This document shows, piece after piece, positions 42,527 through 52,292 of a DNA stretch of 64,000 bases. Position numbers and translations under genes: made by a program. Positions within the stretch are counted from its first letter, which is position 1, and each line of letters begins with the position of its first letter. The stretch is from Gammaproteobacteria bacterium (GTDB lineage Bacteria > Pseudomonadota > Gammaproteobacteria > Eutrophobiales > Eutrophobiaceae). The DNA lies in assembly GCA_016193395.1 (NCBI GenBank), contig JACPSH010000047.1, positions 2,912 to 66,911 of the forward strand, given 5' to 3'. The notes beneath the pieces are model-generated. The model worked only from the letters and a program-made list of their open reading frames with translations, did not search any database and was not told where the DNA came from.

Positions 42527-45500
42527 ATGCGCGAATCCCCGTCATTCCGCCGCTTGAACGCGGCTGCCCGCGGCCAGCGGGGCGCGGTGCTGCTCGTGTT
42601 CATGCTGGTACTGGTCGTCGGTTCCTCCTACATGCTCGTTTCCAGGCTGAACGAATACGCGCAAGCCTATGCGCGGGAGGCGCAGACTCAGTCCGCCCTG
42701 GCGGAGGCCAAGCAGGCCCTGCTGTTCTACGCGATGAATTACCCGGATTTAAACACTGGTCTCAGTACGATTCGTGGGCCCGGCTATCTGCCGTGTCCGG
42801 ATCAGAACGATGATGGGGCTACCGAGACGAATTGCTCGGATACAACGGGGAGCACGCTCGGTCGTTTGCCGTACTCGACCCTTGGACTGTCGGAATTGAC
42901 AGACAGCAGCGGGGAGATGTTGTGGTACGCGGTCTCGCAGAACCTCAAGTACAACCAGTCCAGCGACTACATACTGAACAGCGATACGCCCGGGACGATC
43001 AGCGTCGACGGAAGTGACGACGTGGTGGCGGTCATCATCGCGCCGGGCGAGCCGGTTGCGGACCAGAGCGGCAGGCGCGGGACCGCGGAGACCACGGCCC
43101 TGCTGGAAAGGGATGTCTATGACGTAGCGGATCAATACCTCGAGGATGACAACGCGACCAACGGGGATGCGAGCTATGTCTCGGAGTCCTCGGACGATTT
43201 CAACGATCAGGTCGTCACCATTACACGGCAGGAGCTGATGGCGGTGGTCGAGCAGCGGGTCGCGAACGAAGCGCGCCAGGCGCTCGGCAATTATTACGAT
43301 GAGATGCTGGCTCTTAGTACTGAAAACCCACAAAGGGGCGCCTATCCGTGGCTGGCGCCATTCGCCGATCCGAAATCAAGCCCCTTCGTGCTGCGGGGCA
43401 CGCACGACGGCTCGGACGACTCGACCAATGACCTCGACGATTCCTCGAGGGATTTCACGCAGTGGGGTGTTGCAATTGGCGATACCGTGTGGAATCTCAC
43501 TGATGGCTCAGTAGGAGTGGTGGATACAACTCCTACCGCGACGCGTCTGTCGATGAGCGGCGGCCTCGCGCTGGGGACAGACAACGACTTTGACGACGGT
43601 GACGAGTATGTAGTGGAGGCCAAGGCTCTCGCAGGAGCCCATGCCGGGACGGCCACCGCCGGCTCCGACAACCTGGCTCTGGAGGACACCGCCAGGGATT
43701 TCGAGGAGCAAGGGGTCAGCGCGGGCGACGTGGTGGAGAACATCACGGATGGATCCAGCGGCATCGTGGCCTCGGTCGATTCGGACACACTGACCGTCAG
43801 TTCACTTGCGGGCGGTGCGGAAAACGACTTCGACCTGAACGATAGCTACCGCGTCCGGACCAATGCCGGCCAGGCGACCGCGGGAAGCAGCGGGACCACG
43901 CTGGAAGACACGGATGCGGATTTCACGGTGATGGGCGTGCAGGAGGGAGACCTGGTACATAACCTGACCGACAACTCCTATGGCCGCGTGGCATCGGGAG
44001 GCGTAGCGGCGACGACGCTGACCGTCGACAGCCTCGAGTTCGGGACCGGCAATCAATTCAGCACGAACGACTACTACGAGATCCCGCGCTTCTACGGTTC
44101 CGCCAATACGCCCCGGGGCCTGCTCTCCATCCACGAACCCGGGGAAGCCTTCGCGACTGGATTCGATGTCGACTGGTCGACGCCTTCGGTGTCCCCGATT
44201 ACCGTCACGACCACTGCTTCGGGCACCAACACGACCTACAACAACGGCCTCTATTACTGGTTGCTGGGATCGTCAGGATATTCAGGGACCGTGCAGGTGC
44301 CGGATTCAGGCGGCGCATGCACCTGGATCACAGAGGAGATAGCTGATTGCCGCGGAGAGTATGTCGATTCGAATTTCCTCACGGGCGCAGTCACTTCGAC
44401 CTTCACCTCCAGTCCGTACATCTACGTCTACGACACCTCGAAAAACTTCCCCTCCAGCGGCGTGAAGGTCGGTGACCGGATCCTGAACATCACGACCAAC
44501 GTCGCCGGGATCATTTCCGTGGCCAGCACGACTTACCCAACCCGGGTCCGGGTGACGAGCATCACGGGAGAAACGGCGTTCAGCGCTTCCGTCGGGGATT
44601 CTTTCCGCATCTACGTCGCGGCCAACCGCTCACCCGCCTCCGGCGCGTCCCCCAGTACACATACCGCAAACGCCTCTACCGATACCGCCGCGAATCTGGT
44701 GTGCGTGGACGCAGTCGATTTCACGTCAAATCCAGCCGTGGAACCGGGTGATGTTATACGCGATACCTCCGACGCCACCTATGGTCTGGTCATGGCGACG
44801 AGCTGGGACGGCACCATGGGCTGCATTACCTACACCGACATGATAGGCGGCGGGTCAAGCACCATCGGGATCGGGGACTATTTCCGCATCTCCTACGACT
44901 TCGTAAGCGAGCGGCACTACCTATTCGACGTACGGATCAGCGGGACCACGAGCAACGGCGGTTCCGCCATCGGCAACAATGCGGGCATGCGTGACCGGGA
45001 TGTCTGCCTGGGGTACGGGGCGGATTGCACGAATTCAACCGCGTCCAACGCGGAGTTCGACGCCGGGAATTCGGCGACCATCACCATAGAGGACTATGAC
45101 TCGGCTGCAACGCTTCTCGGCTCAAGAACCGTGACTGCGCCATCCAGCGGTTCGCCGGTGGCGAGCATCCGCCTGGACGGCATCGATTACTACCTGGAGG
45201 AAACGGAAGACGCCATCCCGGAATGGTTCCTTAAGAACAAATGGCACCGTTTCGTCTACGCGGCCTATAGCAGTGAATACCAGCCGGGCAATGTCGGAAC
45301 CGGCTGCGTTGAAGGAACAAACTGTCTCTCCCTGTCAGTGCCGCTGCCGGCCGACACGACCCTGGATGACCGCCAGGCTCTCGTGATCTCCGCCGGACCG
45401 GAGCTGTCCACGCAGGCCAGCAGCCGCCTCAACGGCGCGCTGGATGCCTATTTTGAGGACGATAACGCCGTGGCTGATGACGTGTTCAGCAGAGACGAGG

Positions 45501-45544
45501 TCAGCACGACCTTCAATGACCTGATCAGCGTGATTGCGCCCTGA
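42527..45544 (+). CDS. Large (1005 aa) minor-pilin-like protein with internal repeats; putative tip adhesin
   Basis: Prepilin-like QRG|AVLLVFMLVLVV, LAEAKQALL, PGYLPCPD, GRLPYSTLGL; five ~70-78 aa D/T/G-rich repeats. Confidence 0.75.
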   Translation: MRESPSFRRLNAAARGQRGAVLLVFMLVLVVGSSYMLVSRLNEYAQAYAREAQTQSALAEAKQALLFYAMNYPDLNTGLSTIRGPGYLPCPDQNDDGATETNCSDTTGSTLGRLPYSTLGLSELTDSSGEMLWYAVSQNLKYNQSSDYILNSDTPGTISVDGSDDVVAVIIAPGEPVADQSGRRGTAETTALLERDVYDVADQYLEDDNATNGDASYVSESSDDFNDQVVTITRQELMAVVEQRVANEARQALGNYYDEMLALSTENPQRGAYPWLAPFADPKSSPFVLRGTHDGSDDSTNDLDDSSRDFTQWGVAIGDTVWNLTDGSVGVVDTTPTATRLSMSGGLALGTDNDFDDGDEYVVEAKALAGAHAGTATAGSDNLALEDTARDFEEQGVSAGDVVENITDGSSGIVASVDSDTLTVSSLAGGAENDFDLNDSYRVRTNAGQATAGSSGTTLEDTDADFTVMGVQEGDLVHNLTDNSYGRVASGGVAATTLTVDSLEFGTGNQFSTNDYYEIPRFYGSANTPRGLLSIHEPGEAFATGFDVDWSTPSVSPITVTTTASGTNTTYNNGLYYWLLGSSGYSGTVQVPDSGGACTWITEEIADCRGEYVDSNFLTGAVTSTFTSSPYIYVYDTSKNFPSSGVKVGDRILNITTNVAGIISVASTTYPTRVRVTSITGETAFSASVGDSFRIYVAANRSPASGASPSTHTANASTDTAANLVCVDAVDFTSNPAVEPGDVIRDTSDATYGLVMATSWDGTMGCITYTDMIGGGSSTIGIGDYFRISYDFVSERHYLFDVRISGTTSNGGSAIGNNAGMRDRDVCLGYGADCTNSTASNAEFDAGNSATITIEDYDSAATLLGSRTVTAPSSGSPVASIRLDGIDYYLEETEDAIPEWFLKNKWHRFVYAAYSSEYQPGNVGTGCVEGTNCLSLSVPLPADTTLDDRQALVISAGPELSTQASSRLNGALDAYFEDDNAVADDVFSRDEVSTTFNDLISVIAP

Positions 45545-45554
45545 GAATGCCGCA

Positions 45555-46289
45555 ATGCGGATGACCCCGAATCGGCTGCGCGGTTTCTCGCTGGTCGAGC
45601 TGGCGATGGTGCTGTTCATCATTTCGCTGCTTCTCGGCGGTCTGCTCGTGCCGCTGGCCTCGCAACTGGAGGCCCGGCAACGAAATGCCGCATTGGAACA
45701 GCTCGATCTCATAAAGGAGGCGCTCATCGGCTTCGCGATCATCAATGGCAGGCTGCCCTGCTATACGTCAGAAACGGATCCCACCAATGCATACTATGGC
45801 ATCGAAGACACGGAAGATCCGGGGAAGACCTGTAACCCGACCGGCCTCACCAGCGACGGAATACTGCCGTGGAAAACGCTGGGAATGGCCAGCGGCCTGG
45901 ACCCCTGGGGGATCGAGCGTACCGCCGCTGCGGATCCATGGATTGGCTACTGGCGCTACCGGGTCGACACGACATTCGAGAGCACGTCTCCGCTGTTTGC
46001 GCTCACGGATCAGTCTGGCGAGATGAGCATATGCGATTCAAACGACGTGTTGCTCATATCGACGTCCGAACGTCCTGTCGCGGTCATCTATTCGACGGGG
46101 GCGGATCAGACGGCCGATGGTCAGAATGCCTCCTACGAAGCAATTCTCACGCCTAGTTCGATCTGCATCACGCCTACCGGGCCGACCTATCAGGGTGGAG
46201 AAGTCAGCGGCACTTTCGACGACATCACGGTGTGGCTCACCCGCCCGCTACTGTTCAACCGCTTGGTCACCGCCGGAACGCTGCCCTAA
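45555..46289 (+). CDS. Type IV prepilin-like protein (minor pilin)
   Basis: RG|FSLVELAMVLFIISLLLGGLL, GRLPC, LPWKTLG, DPWG. Confidence 0.88.
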   Translation: MRMTPNRLRGFSLVELAMVLFIISLLLGGLLVPLASQLEARQRNAALEQLDLIKEALIGFAIINGRLPCYTSETDPTNAYYGIEDTEDPGKTCNPTGLTSDGILPWKTLGMASGLDPWGIERTAAADPWIGYWRYRVDTTFESTSPLFALTDQSGEMSICDSNDVLLISTSERPVAVIYSTGADQTADGQNASYEAILTPSSICITPTGPTYQGGEVSGTFDDITVWLTRPLLFNRLVTAGTLP

Positions 46290-46344
46290 CAGATTGATGC
46301 AAAAGTCCGCCCTTGGACTTTTGCATCTCCCTTCCGATTTCCGT

Positions 46345-48063
46345 TCAACCGGCCGGCGCAGAGGCGGCCGCGCTTGCCGCGGGCGCGGCGATGCGGTTGC
46401 TGAGTTCGAAGCAAACCCGGCCGTCCACGTTCGCCGAAAGGAAAAGCGCGAAGCCCAGCGACTCGGCAAGCCGCGCCACCTGGTACAGTCCGACGCCCAG
46501 GCCGCTGTCTGACGGCAGTGGTTCGTGGAACAACAGCCGCGCCTTCTCCTCCGCCAGGTGCGTCCCGTTATCGCAGATGGAAAGCTGGATCAGGCTGCCG
46601 TCGCTGTAGAGCGCGACGGTCACCGCGAGTCCGGGCTCGATTTGCGCCTTGTCTTTCACGTTCTCCAGCAAATTTTCGACCACACTGTCGAACAGGTCCG
46701 CGGGAACGGTCGGGTCGCCCGCAATGTCCGACTGGAACCGGGTGGTGCCGCGGCCGCTGCGATTCTGCAGGTCGCGCCACCAATCCTTGAGGTACACCTC
46801 CTCGTACCGGATCACCGCCGGGTCCTGGAGCTTGTCGAGCGCCAGTTGCAGCCGTTGCGTGAGATGGGGCAATTGCCGGCGCAGGAGTTTCTGCGACACG
46901 GATTCGCCGCCGGCCTCCTCCTGCTGGATGATGCTGGTGATCGCCTGGAGCGACTGGAGGAGGTTCTTGATGTCGTGCGTGATCCGCGCACCCGTTTCGT
47001 AGATGGCCTGCAAGTGAGTACGCTTGGTCAATTCGCGCTGGTGGAGCCGGGCGACGTAGAAATCATCGACGAGGTGCAGCAGCAGCTTGCAGTGCAGAAA
47101 CAACGCCCCGCCCAGGGGGGCATGCGTAAAGATCCGGGCAGTCAACCGTTCCATCCGGAATTCGGTGGCGTGTGGTGTGCGGCTTCCGTGTTCGCCCTGC
47201 GATCCCTCCGCCGTCCATGTCACGCCCGCGATCCAGGCGTGGCCGGTCAACTCCTCCATCGCGGAATCCAGGAATTCGTCGGGCGAGGTGCGTTGCCGGA
47301 ACAGAACCGACAGCTCGTTCAACCACCGCTCGAAGGGCGTGCCGATGTTGAGAATGGAACGCAACCACAATTGCGACAGGCCGCTGAAGCGCATGCGCGG
47401 CGTCAGCAGCCAGCTGATGGCAAACAGAAACACGCCGATCGCCAGCAGCGTATGCACCAGAGCCAGCAGGTAATCGACGTGGTTGCGGTACATGTTGATC
47501 AGGCTGCCGATGATGAGCAGCGTCACCAGCGTTGCGGCGGCGATGGCCTGCAGAATGTCGACGGAATGAAGGGCGCGCGCGTCCGATGGCGCCGACAGCA
47601 GGACGACGATGACCGGCATGATCGGGAGCAGCACGCCGAACACGTCGCGGATGTTGCGCGGCAGCGGGATGTCGAACAGTTCCGTAGTACAGGCGATCAG
47701 CAGTTCGGAAGTCAGGAACGCGAGCACCAGCATGGACAATCCACGCTCCCGGCGGCTGACCGCGACGCGTCCGCCGCAGAACCCGACCAGCAGGATGAGC
47801 CACGCGTACAGCAGCCACCAGTTCATCCAGGTGACGAACGCGAGGGTGAGAAGGATGAAGGCCGTGCCGTTATACCAGGCGAGTTTCTCGTCGCTGCGCC
47901 ATACCGGTTGCCAGATGAGGAACAGGCCGAATTGAATCAACATCAGGGACCGCGATGACAGGCTGCCGAAGTCGAACCAGATGGCGCCATGCAGGAACTC
48001 GAGCATGAGCGCGAGAATGACCGACTCCCGCCGCGCCGCCAGAAATGCAGGGATGCGCTTCAC
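46345..48063 (-). CDS. Multi-TM sensor histidine kinase
   Basis: Several TM segments; H-box THDIKNLL, N-box ENLLEN, G1 DNG, G2 GLGVGLY. Confidence 0.88.
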   Translation of the reverse strand: MKRIPAFLAARRESVILALMLEFLHGAIWFDFGSLSSRSLMLIQFGLFLIWQPVWRSDEKLAWYNGTAFILLTLAFVTWMNWWLLYAWLILLVGFCGGRVAVSRRERGLSMLVLAFLTSELLIACTTELFDIPLPRNIRDVFGVLLPIMPVIVVLLSAPSDARALHSVDILQAIAAATLVTLLIIGSLINMYRNHVDYLLALVHTLLAIGVFLFAISWLLTPRMRFSGLSQLWLRSILNIGTPFERWLNELSVLFRQRTSPDEFLDSAMEELTGHAWIAGVTWTAEGSQGEHGSRTPHATEFRMERLTARIFTHAPLGGALFLHCKLLLHLVDDFYVARLHQRELTKRTHLQAIYETGARITHDIKNLLQSLQAITSIIQQEEAGGESVSQKLLRRQLPHLTQRLQLALDKLQDPAVIRYEEVYLKDWWRDLQNRSGRGTTRFQSDIAGDPTVPADLFDSVVENLLENVKDKAQIEPGLAVTVALYSDGSLIQLSICDNGTHLAEEKARLLFHEPLPSDSGLGVGLYQVARLAESLGFALFLSANVDGRVCFELSNRIAAPAASAAASAPAG

Positions 48064-48128
48064 AGTGGCCAGACTGCCCTCACGAATGCGTAGTGTACAA
48101 TAGTCGTCTCCCCGGGAGGGTTCCGCCC

Positions 48129-48896
48129 TTGAAGAGTCCCGCCGTTGCGATCGCGTTTTACACTTTCCAGGAAGCGCTGCGGAACCGGCTGTTTGTCCTC
48201 ACGCTGGTCGGCCTGGTCTGCCTGCTCGGCGTCACCGAATTCATCGGCGAGCTGGCCGTGACCGAGACGGCCGCGATCCAGGCGCTCATTGTCGGCAGCG
48301 GCATGCGCCTGTTCGCCGTGTGCACGGTCTCGCTGTTCGTGATCACCAGCACCGTGCGCGAGTTCAATGACAAGGGATTCGAGCTGCTCCTGTCCCTGCC
48401 GATCCCCAGGTACAGCTATTTCCTGGGCAAATTCGCCGGCTTCATGCTGCTCGCGTTCGTGATCGCCGTTGCCGCCGCGATTCTGCTCCTGCTCTACAGC
48501 AACGTCGCGGTGGTCTCCCTCTGGCTGGTGTCGCTGGTATCCGAGCTTGCCATCATGATCGCGCTGAGTCTCCTGCTGCTGCTCACCTTCAGCAACATCA
48601 CCGTTTCCTTCATGCTCGCGCTGGCGTTCTATCTGCTCTCGCGCAGCCTGTCCGCGATCCAGCTTATCGCCCACAGCCCGATACTCGAATCCGATACGCT
48701 GTCGCAGGCATTCATGAATCGGCTGGTGGATGCCATCGCCTTCCTCATGCCGGAACTGCACCGTTTCACGCGCAGCGACTGGCTGGTTCATGGCGCCTCC
48801 TGGCAGGACCTGGGTGTCGTAGGCGTGCAGACGTTGATCTATGTGGTGCTCCTGTCCGCAGCCGGCCTGTTCGACCTCTACCGGAAGGATCTTTGA
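48129..48896 (+). CDS. ABC-2 type permease (PilI-like)
   Basis: TFQEALRNR, ELLLSLPIPRYSYFLGKF, about six TM helices, terminal FDLYRKDL. TTG start inferred. Confidence 0.8.
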   Translation: MKSPAVAIAFYTFQEALRNRLFVLTLVGLVCLLGVTEFIGELAVTETAAIQALIVGSGMRLFAVCTVSLFVITSTVREFNDKGFELLLSLPIPRYSYFLGKFAGFMLLAFVIAVAAAILLLLYSNVAVVSLWLVSLVSELAIMIALSLLLLLTFSNITVSFMLALAFYLLSRSLSAIQLIAHSPILESDTLSQAFMNRLVDAIAFLMPELHRFTRSDWLVHGASWQDLGVVGVQTLIYVVLLSAAGLFDLYRKDL

Positions 48897-48898
48897 CG

Positions 48899-49051
48899 CG
48901 GACCATTCGTGGGCGATGGCGGGATGAGACGGCCGGGTCCTGTCAGCAGGTACCCCTGTCCGTACTCGCTCGGTCCCCACGCTTGCGTGCGGAGCAGGGG
49001 CACCCGGCGCCACCCGGCCGATCTGCGAATCGCGGTTCATGAATAATCCGG
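48899..49051 (-). repeat. MITE-like structured element (core 48930-49020)
   Basis: Core matches 23692-23784; right end gttcatgaataatccg matches the 58.7 kb end; left end cggaccattcgtgggcga is a transition-degenerate copy (13/18). Confidence 0.8.
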
Positions 49052-49055
49052 ACCG

Positions 49056-49784
49056 ATGATGCTGCGTTTCGCAAGGCTGGTGCTGCGCAGTGAACGGCCC
49101 ACCGCGGAGGTTCCGGTGCCGGTCATCGCGGCCCTGTTGATCGCGTTGATTGCGCAGATCGCCTGGCACGGACTGCGCCCGCCGCCCGCGGCGGCTGCGG
49201 AGGACCTGCCCGAACCTCCGGCGTACGAGGTGCTCAACGCGATCGCCTTCGGCGAACCCGCGTCACTATCGCGTTTCCTCATGTTGTGGCTGCAGGCCTT
49301 CGACAACCAGCCCGGCATCAGCGTTCCTTTCAGGCGGCTCGATTATGAACGCGTGCGATCCTGGCTGGGCGTGATCCTGCGGCTCGACCCGCGCTCGGCC
49401 TACCCGCTGCTCTGCGCCGCGCGCATATACAGCAAGGTTGCCGACGAGGAGCGCAAACGCATCATGCTGGATTTCGTGCGCGAGGAGTTCCTGAAAGATG
49501 CCGACGTACGCTGGCCGTGGATGGCGCACGCGGTATTCGTCGCCAAACACGAGTTGCGCGATCTTGACCTGGCGCTGGCGCTCGCCCGTGAGCTGCGGTT
49601 GCATGCCACGGCCGTGACGGTGCCCACCTGGGCGCGGCAGATGGAATTGTTCGTGCTGGAGGAGCTGGGCGATATCGAGGGCGCGAAAGTGCTGCTTGGC
49701 GGTCTGATCGAAAGCGGCGCGGTCAAAGATCCCCACGAGCTCCGCTTCCTGATGGGGCGGCTGGATATCAGGGGGTCGGAGTGA
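49056..49784 (+). CDS. Membrane-anchored helical protein associated with the pilus ABC system (PilG-like, putative)
   Basis: N-terminal TM, LWLQAFDNQPG, LDPRSAYP, WPWMAHA; assigned by context. Confidence 0.55.
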   Translation: MMLRFARLVLRSERPTAEVPVPVIAALLIALIAQIAWHGLRPPPAAAAEDLPEPPAYEVLNAIAFGEPASLSRFLMLWLQAFDNQPGISVPFRRLDYERVRSWLGVILRLDPRSAYPLLCAARIYSKVADEERKRIMLDFVREEFLKDADVRWPWMAHAVFVAKHELRDLDLALALARELRLHATAVTVPTWARQMELFVLEELGDIEGAKVLLGGLIESGAVKDPHELRFLMGRLDIRGSE

Positions 49785-49785
49785 C

Positions 49786-51027
49786 TTATTTCCTTGCTTC
49801 GGCAATCTTGCCGAGCATGGCGGCGTAGTAACCTTCGTCCTTTTCGTCCCGCTGCAATTCCTGGAATATCGCCGTAGCCGCGGCGTAGTCCTCCGCGAAC
49901 AGGGCTTCGATGCCTTTCTCGTGCATCGCGAGCTGCTGGCGCAGCAGGTCGTTCAAATCGCCTTCCAGGCACAAAGGCTGGTAGATGCGGGTGCGGTTGT
50001 GCTTGCCGCGCACCTGCACGACGTCCAGCGTGCGGAACGCGACGCCGGCGCAATCCTGCCGCGTCGATTCGCTGACAATCGTCGGCACGTGGTAGTCGCG
50101 CGTCAGCGTTTCCAGCCTGGAAGCGAGGTTGACCGCGTCCCCGACCACGGTGTAGGCCACGCGGTACTTCGAGCCCAGGTTGCCGACGTTCATCATGCCG
50201 GTGTTCATGCCAATGCCCATGGTGGGGCCGGGCCAACCCCGGCGCATGAAGGTCTCGGCGAGCTGCTTGATCGCCCGGTGCATCTCGAAACTGGCGAGCA
50301 CCGCGCGCTGGGCGTGTTCGGCCATCGGCAGCGGCGCGCCCCAGAACGCCATGATCGAATCGCCGATGTACTTGTCAATGGTCGCGCCGTAGCGGAACAG
50401 CACCTCGGTCATCGCGGTGAAATACTCGTTGAGCAGCAGGGTAAGCTGCCTGGGGTTGAGCTGTTCCGCCACGCCGGAAAAATTCTGCAGATCGCAGAAG
50501 AACACCGTCATGCGGCGCGATTCTCCGTCGAGCGAGATGCGCTGCGGGTGCCTGCTGATTTCCGCGACCAGTTGCGGCGGGATGAACTGCCCGAATACGG
50601 AAAGAATTTGCTGTTTTGAGCGGGTTTCCCGGAAGAAACTCAGCAGCAGGTTCAGCATGTAGATCGTGCCGAGCGTGAGGATGCTGAATTCCATGGGCAG
50701 GCCTGCCCCGGAGCCCGTGCCGTAAACGCCGAGGTAAAGCGACGGCAGGATCGCCGCCAGCGTGACGAGAGATGAGCGCATCGGATTCAGCAGCGGCAGC
50801 GCGAAACACAGGGCGAGCCCCGTGACCACGAGCACGACGAATTCCGCTGAACCGGCCAGGCCCGGCGGAAGCAATCCCTGCTGTTCGAATGGCCACATGC
50901 GCAGCCGTAGCAGGCTGCCGGCATGGGGGTGGAACTCGACGAGTCCCAGCGCATTGCTGAGGAAGACCAGAAATACAAAGGTGACGATCGCGATCTGAGC
51001 CGCGTTCTGGCGCAGTGGGGTGGACAT
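49786..51027 (-). CDS. Membrane-bound class III adenylate cyclase
   Basis: TVFFCDLQNFS, IDKYIGDSIMAFWGAP, YTVVGDAVNLASRLE, VRGK; N-terminal TM helices. Confidence 0.9.
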   Translation of the reverse strand: MSTPLRQNAAQIAIVTFVFLVFLSNALGLVEFHPHAGSLLRLRMWPFEQQGLLPPGLAGSAEFVVLVVTGLALCFALPLLNPMRSSLVTLAAILPSLYLGVYGTGSGAGLPMEFSILTLGTIYMLNLLLSFFRETRSKQQILSVFGQFIPPQLVAEISRHPQRISLDGESRRMTVFFCDLQNFSGVAEQLNPRQLTLLLNEYFTAMTEVLFRYGATIDKYIGDSIMAFWGAPLPMAEHAQRAVLASFEMHRAIKQLAETFMRRGWPGPTMGIGMNTGMMNVGNLGSKYRVAYTVVGDAVNLASRLETLTRDYHVPTIVSESTRQDCAGVAFRTLDVVQVRGKHNRTRIYQPLCLEGDLNDLLRQQLAMHEKGIEALFAEDYAAATAIFQELQRDEKDEGYYAAMLGKIAEARK

Positions 51028-51343
51028 GGGGATGGAAGGGTGCCTTGTGGGGGATCCCTGTTGCGGGGCGGAACCGCGGTTCGCGTTGCCGTTTGCGGCA
51101 CTCAGAGGCAGTTTAGCAGCCGCCCACCGCGCCAGAAACCACGCCCGCCGGCGCCGGGTTCAGGGCTCGGATGGACATGCGCCCGGCAATCCGGAGCGGA
51201 GGCTGCACCGTTGCGCAGGGTGTTTCAGGGCAGTTCAATCTGACGAACTTTCGACGATTCCGTCCGGGGCCAAACGCTGAGATACCGATTCAGGCACCCT
51301 TGTGTGCAATGCAATACGCATAGTAATCAACAAGATATGGACA

Positions 51344-51359
51344 TGGCATGGATAGTGCC
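51344..51359 (+). promoter_or_regulatory. Sigma54 (-24/-12) promoter of the major pilin
   Basis: TGGCATGGATAGTGC: GG(51345-46)-N10-GC(51357-58); IHF-like AATCAACAAGATA just upstream; GAGGA RBS downstream. Confidence 0.7.
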
Positions 51360-51398
51360 TTAAGGTGAAGCAAAGCATTTTTCAGCGAGGACAGAACC

Positions 51399-52184
51399 AT
51401 GATTTCGCGTATAGAGAAAGGCTTCACCCTGGTTGAAATCGCCATCGTGCTGGTGGTTATCGGGCTCCTGCTTGGCGGGATCCTGAAGGGCCAGCAGCTC
51501 ATCAACAGCGCCCGCGTGCGCAACCTGGCGGACCAGAATTCCGGCGTCCAGGCGGCCTACTACGGGTTCATCGATCGGTTCCGCAACGTACCGGGCGACA
51601 TGGATCCGACGAATGCCTGTACGCAGGTCGGCACCGGTGTCGATAGAGGCGGTACCTGTGCCACGCCGGCCAACGCCCCGGGCGGCGACGCCAATGGACG
51701 GATCGATACAATTGCCGAAGCCGGCGCCGTCTGGCCGCACATGTCGGCGGCGGGTTTCCTGACCGGGACGTATTCCGGCCAGTCCGCCGGCACCACCCTC
51801 CTGACGGCCGCCACCTATCCGAATGCCGTTGCGCTGGGCGCCGTGCCGCCGAATGCATTCCAGGGGCCGATTCTTCTGGCGCACTCGACCGACTATGTAC
51901 AAGGCGCGCAAAACTCCCGCGCGACAATTGTCCGCCTCTCCTATTCCTTCGGCGGCAATATTCCCGTGCCCATCCTCAGGGATCTGGACCAGAAACTGGA
52001 CGACGGTATTGCGGGAAGTGGTGTGGTGGTTTCGGCCGCGGAGGCCGCTTCAGGAACTCAGGGTACCTTTGGCGCGGTCACGGATTTCACGGCTGGCACC
52101 AGCAACTGTCTCAATACGGCCAATCCGGCCACGTGGAACGTGGACAGCTCGAACCAGACCTGTAACGGCATATTTCTTTATTGA
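51399..52184 (+). CDS. Type IV pilin (probable major subunit)
   Basis: KG|FTLVEIAIVLVVIGLLLGGILKGQ, DQKLDDG, Cys pairs; has its own promoter and a downstream hairpin. Confidence 0.88.
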   Translation: MISRIEKGFTLVEIAIVLVVIGLLLGGILKGQQLINSARVRNLADQNSGVQAAYYGFIDRFRNVPGDMDPTNACTQVGTGVDRGGTCATPANAPGGDANGRIDTIAEAGAVWPHMSAAGFLTGTYSGQSAGTTLLTAATYPNAVALGAVPPNAFQGPILLAHSTDYVQGAQNSRATIVRLSYSFGGNIPVPILRDLDQKLDDGIAGSGVVVSAAEAASGTQGTFGAVTDFTAGTSNCLNTANPATWNVDSSNQTCNGIFLY

Positions 52185-52209
52185 TCGGCCTTGTCCGGCT
52201 GAAAGCAAA

Positions 52210-52237
52210 CAGAAGGCCCGCGCATGCGGGCCTTCTG
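52210..52237 (+). terminator. Hairpin after the pilin gene
   Basis: cagaaggcccgc-gcat-gcgggccttctg, 12-bp stem. Confidence 0.65.
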
Positions 52238-52292
52238 CGTTGCAGTTGCCTTGTTTTTGTATGGCCGGATTCATCCGGCCGGGTAGCATGCA

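Noticed and set aside
51399-52184. Pilin as a conductive e-pilin
   Set aside because: 261 aa with a large globular domain and no striking aromatic density; does not fit the short e-pilin pattern.
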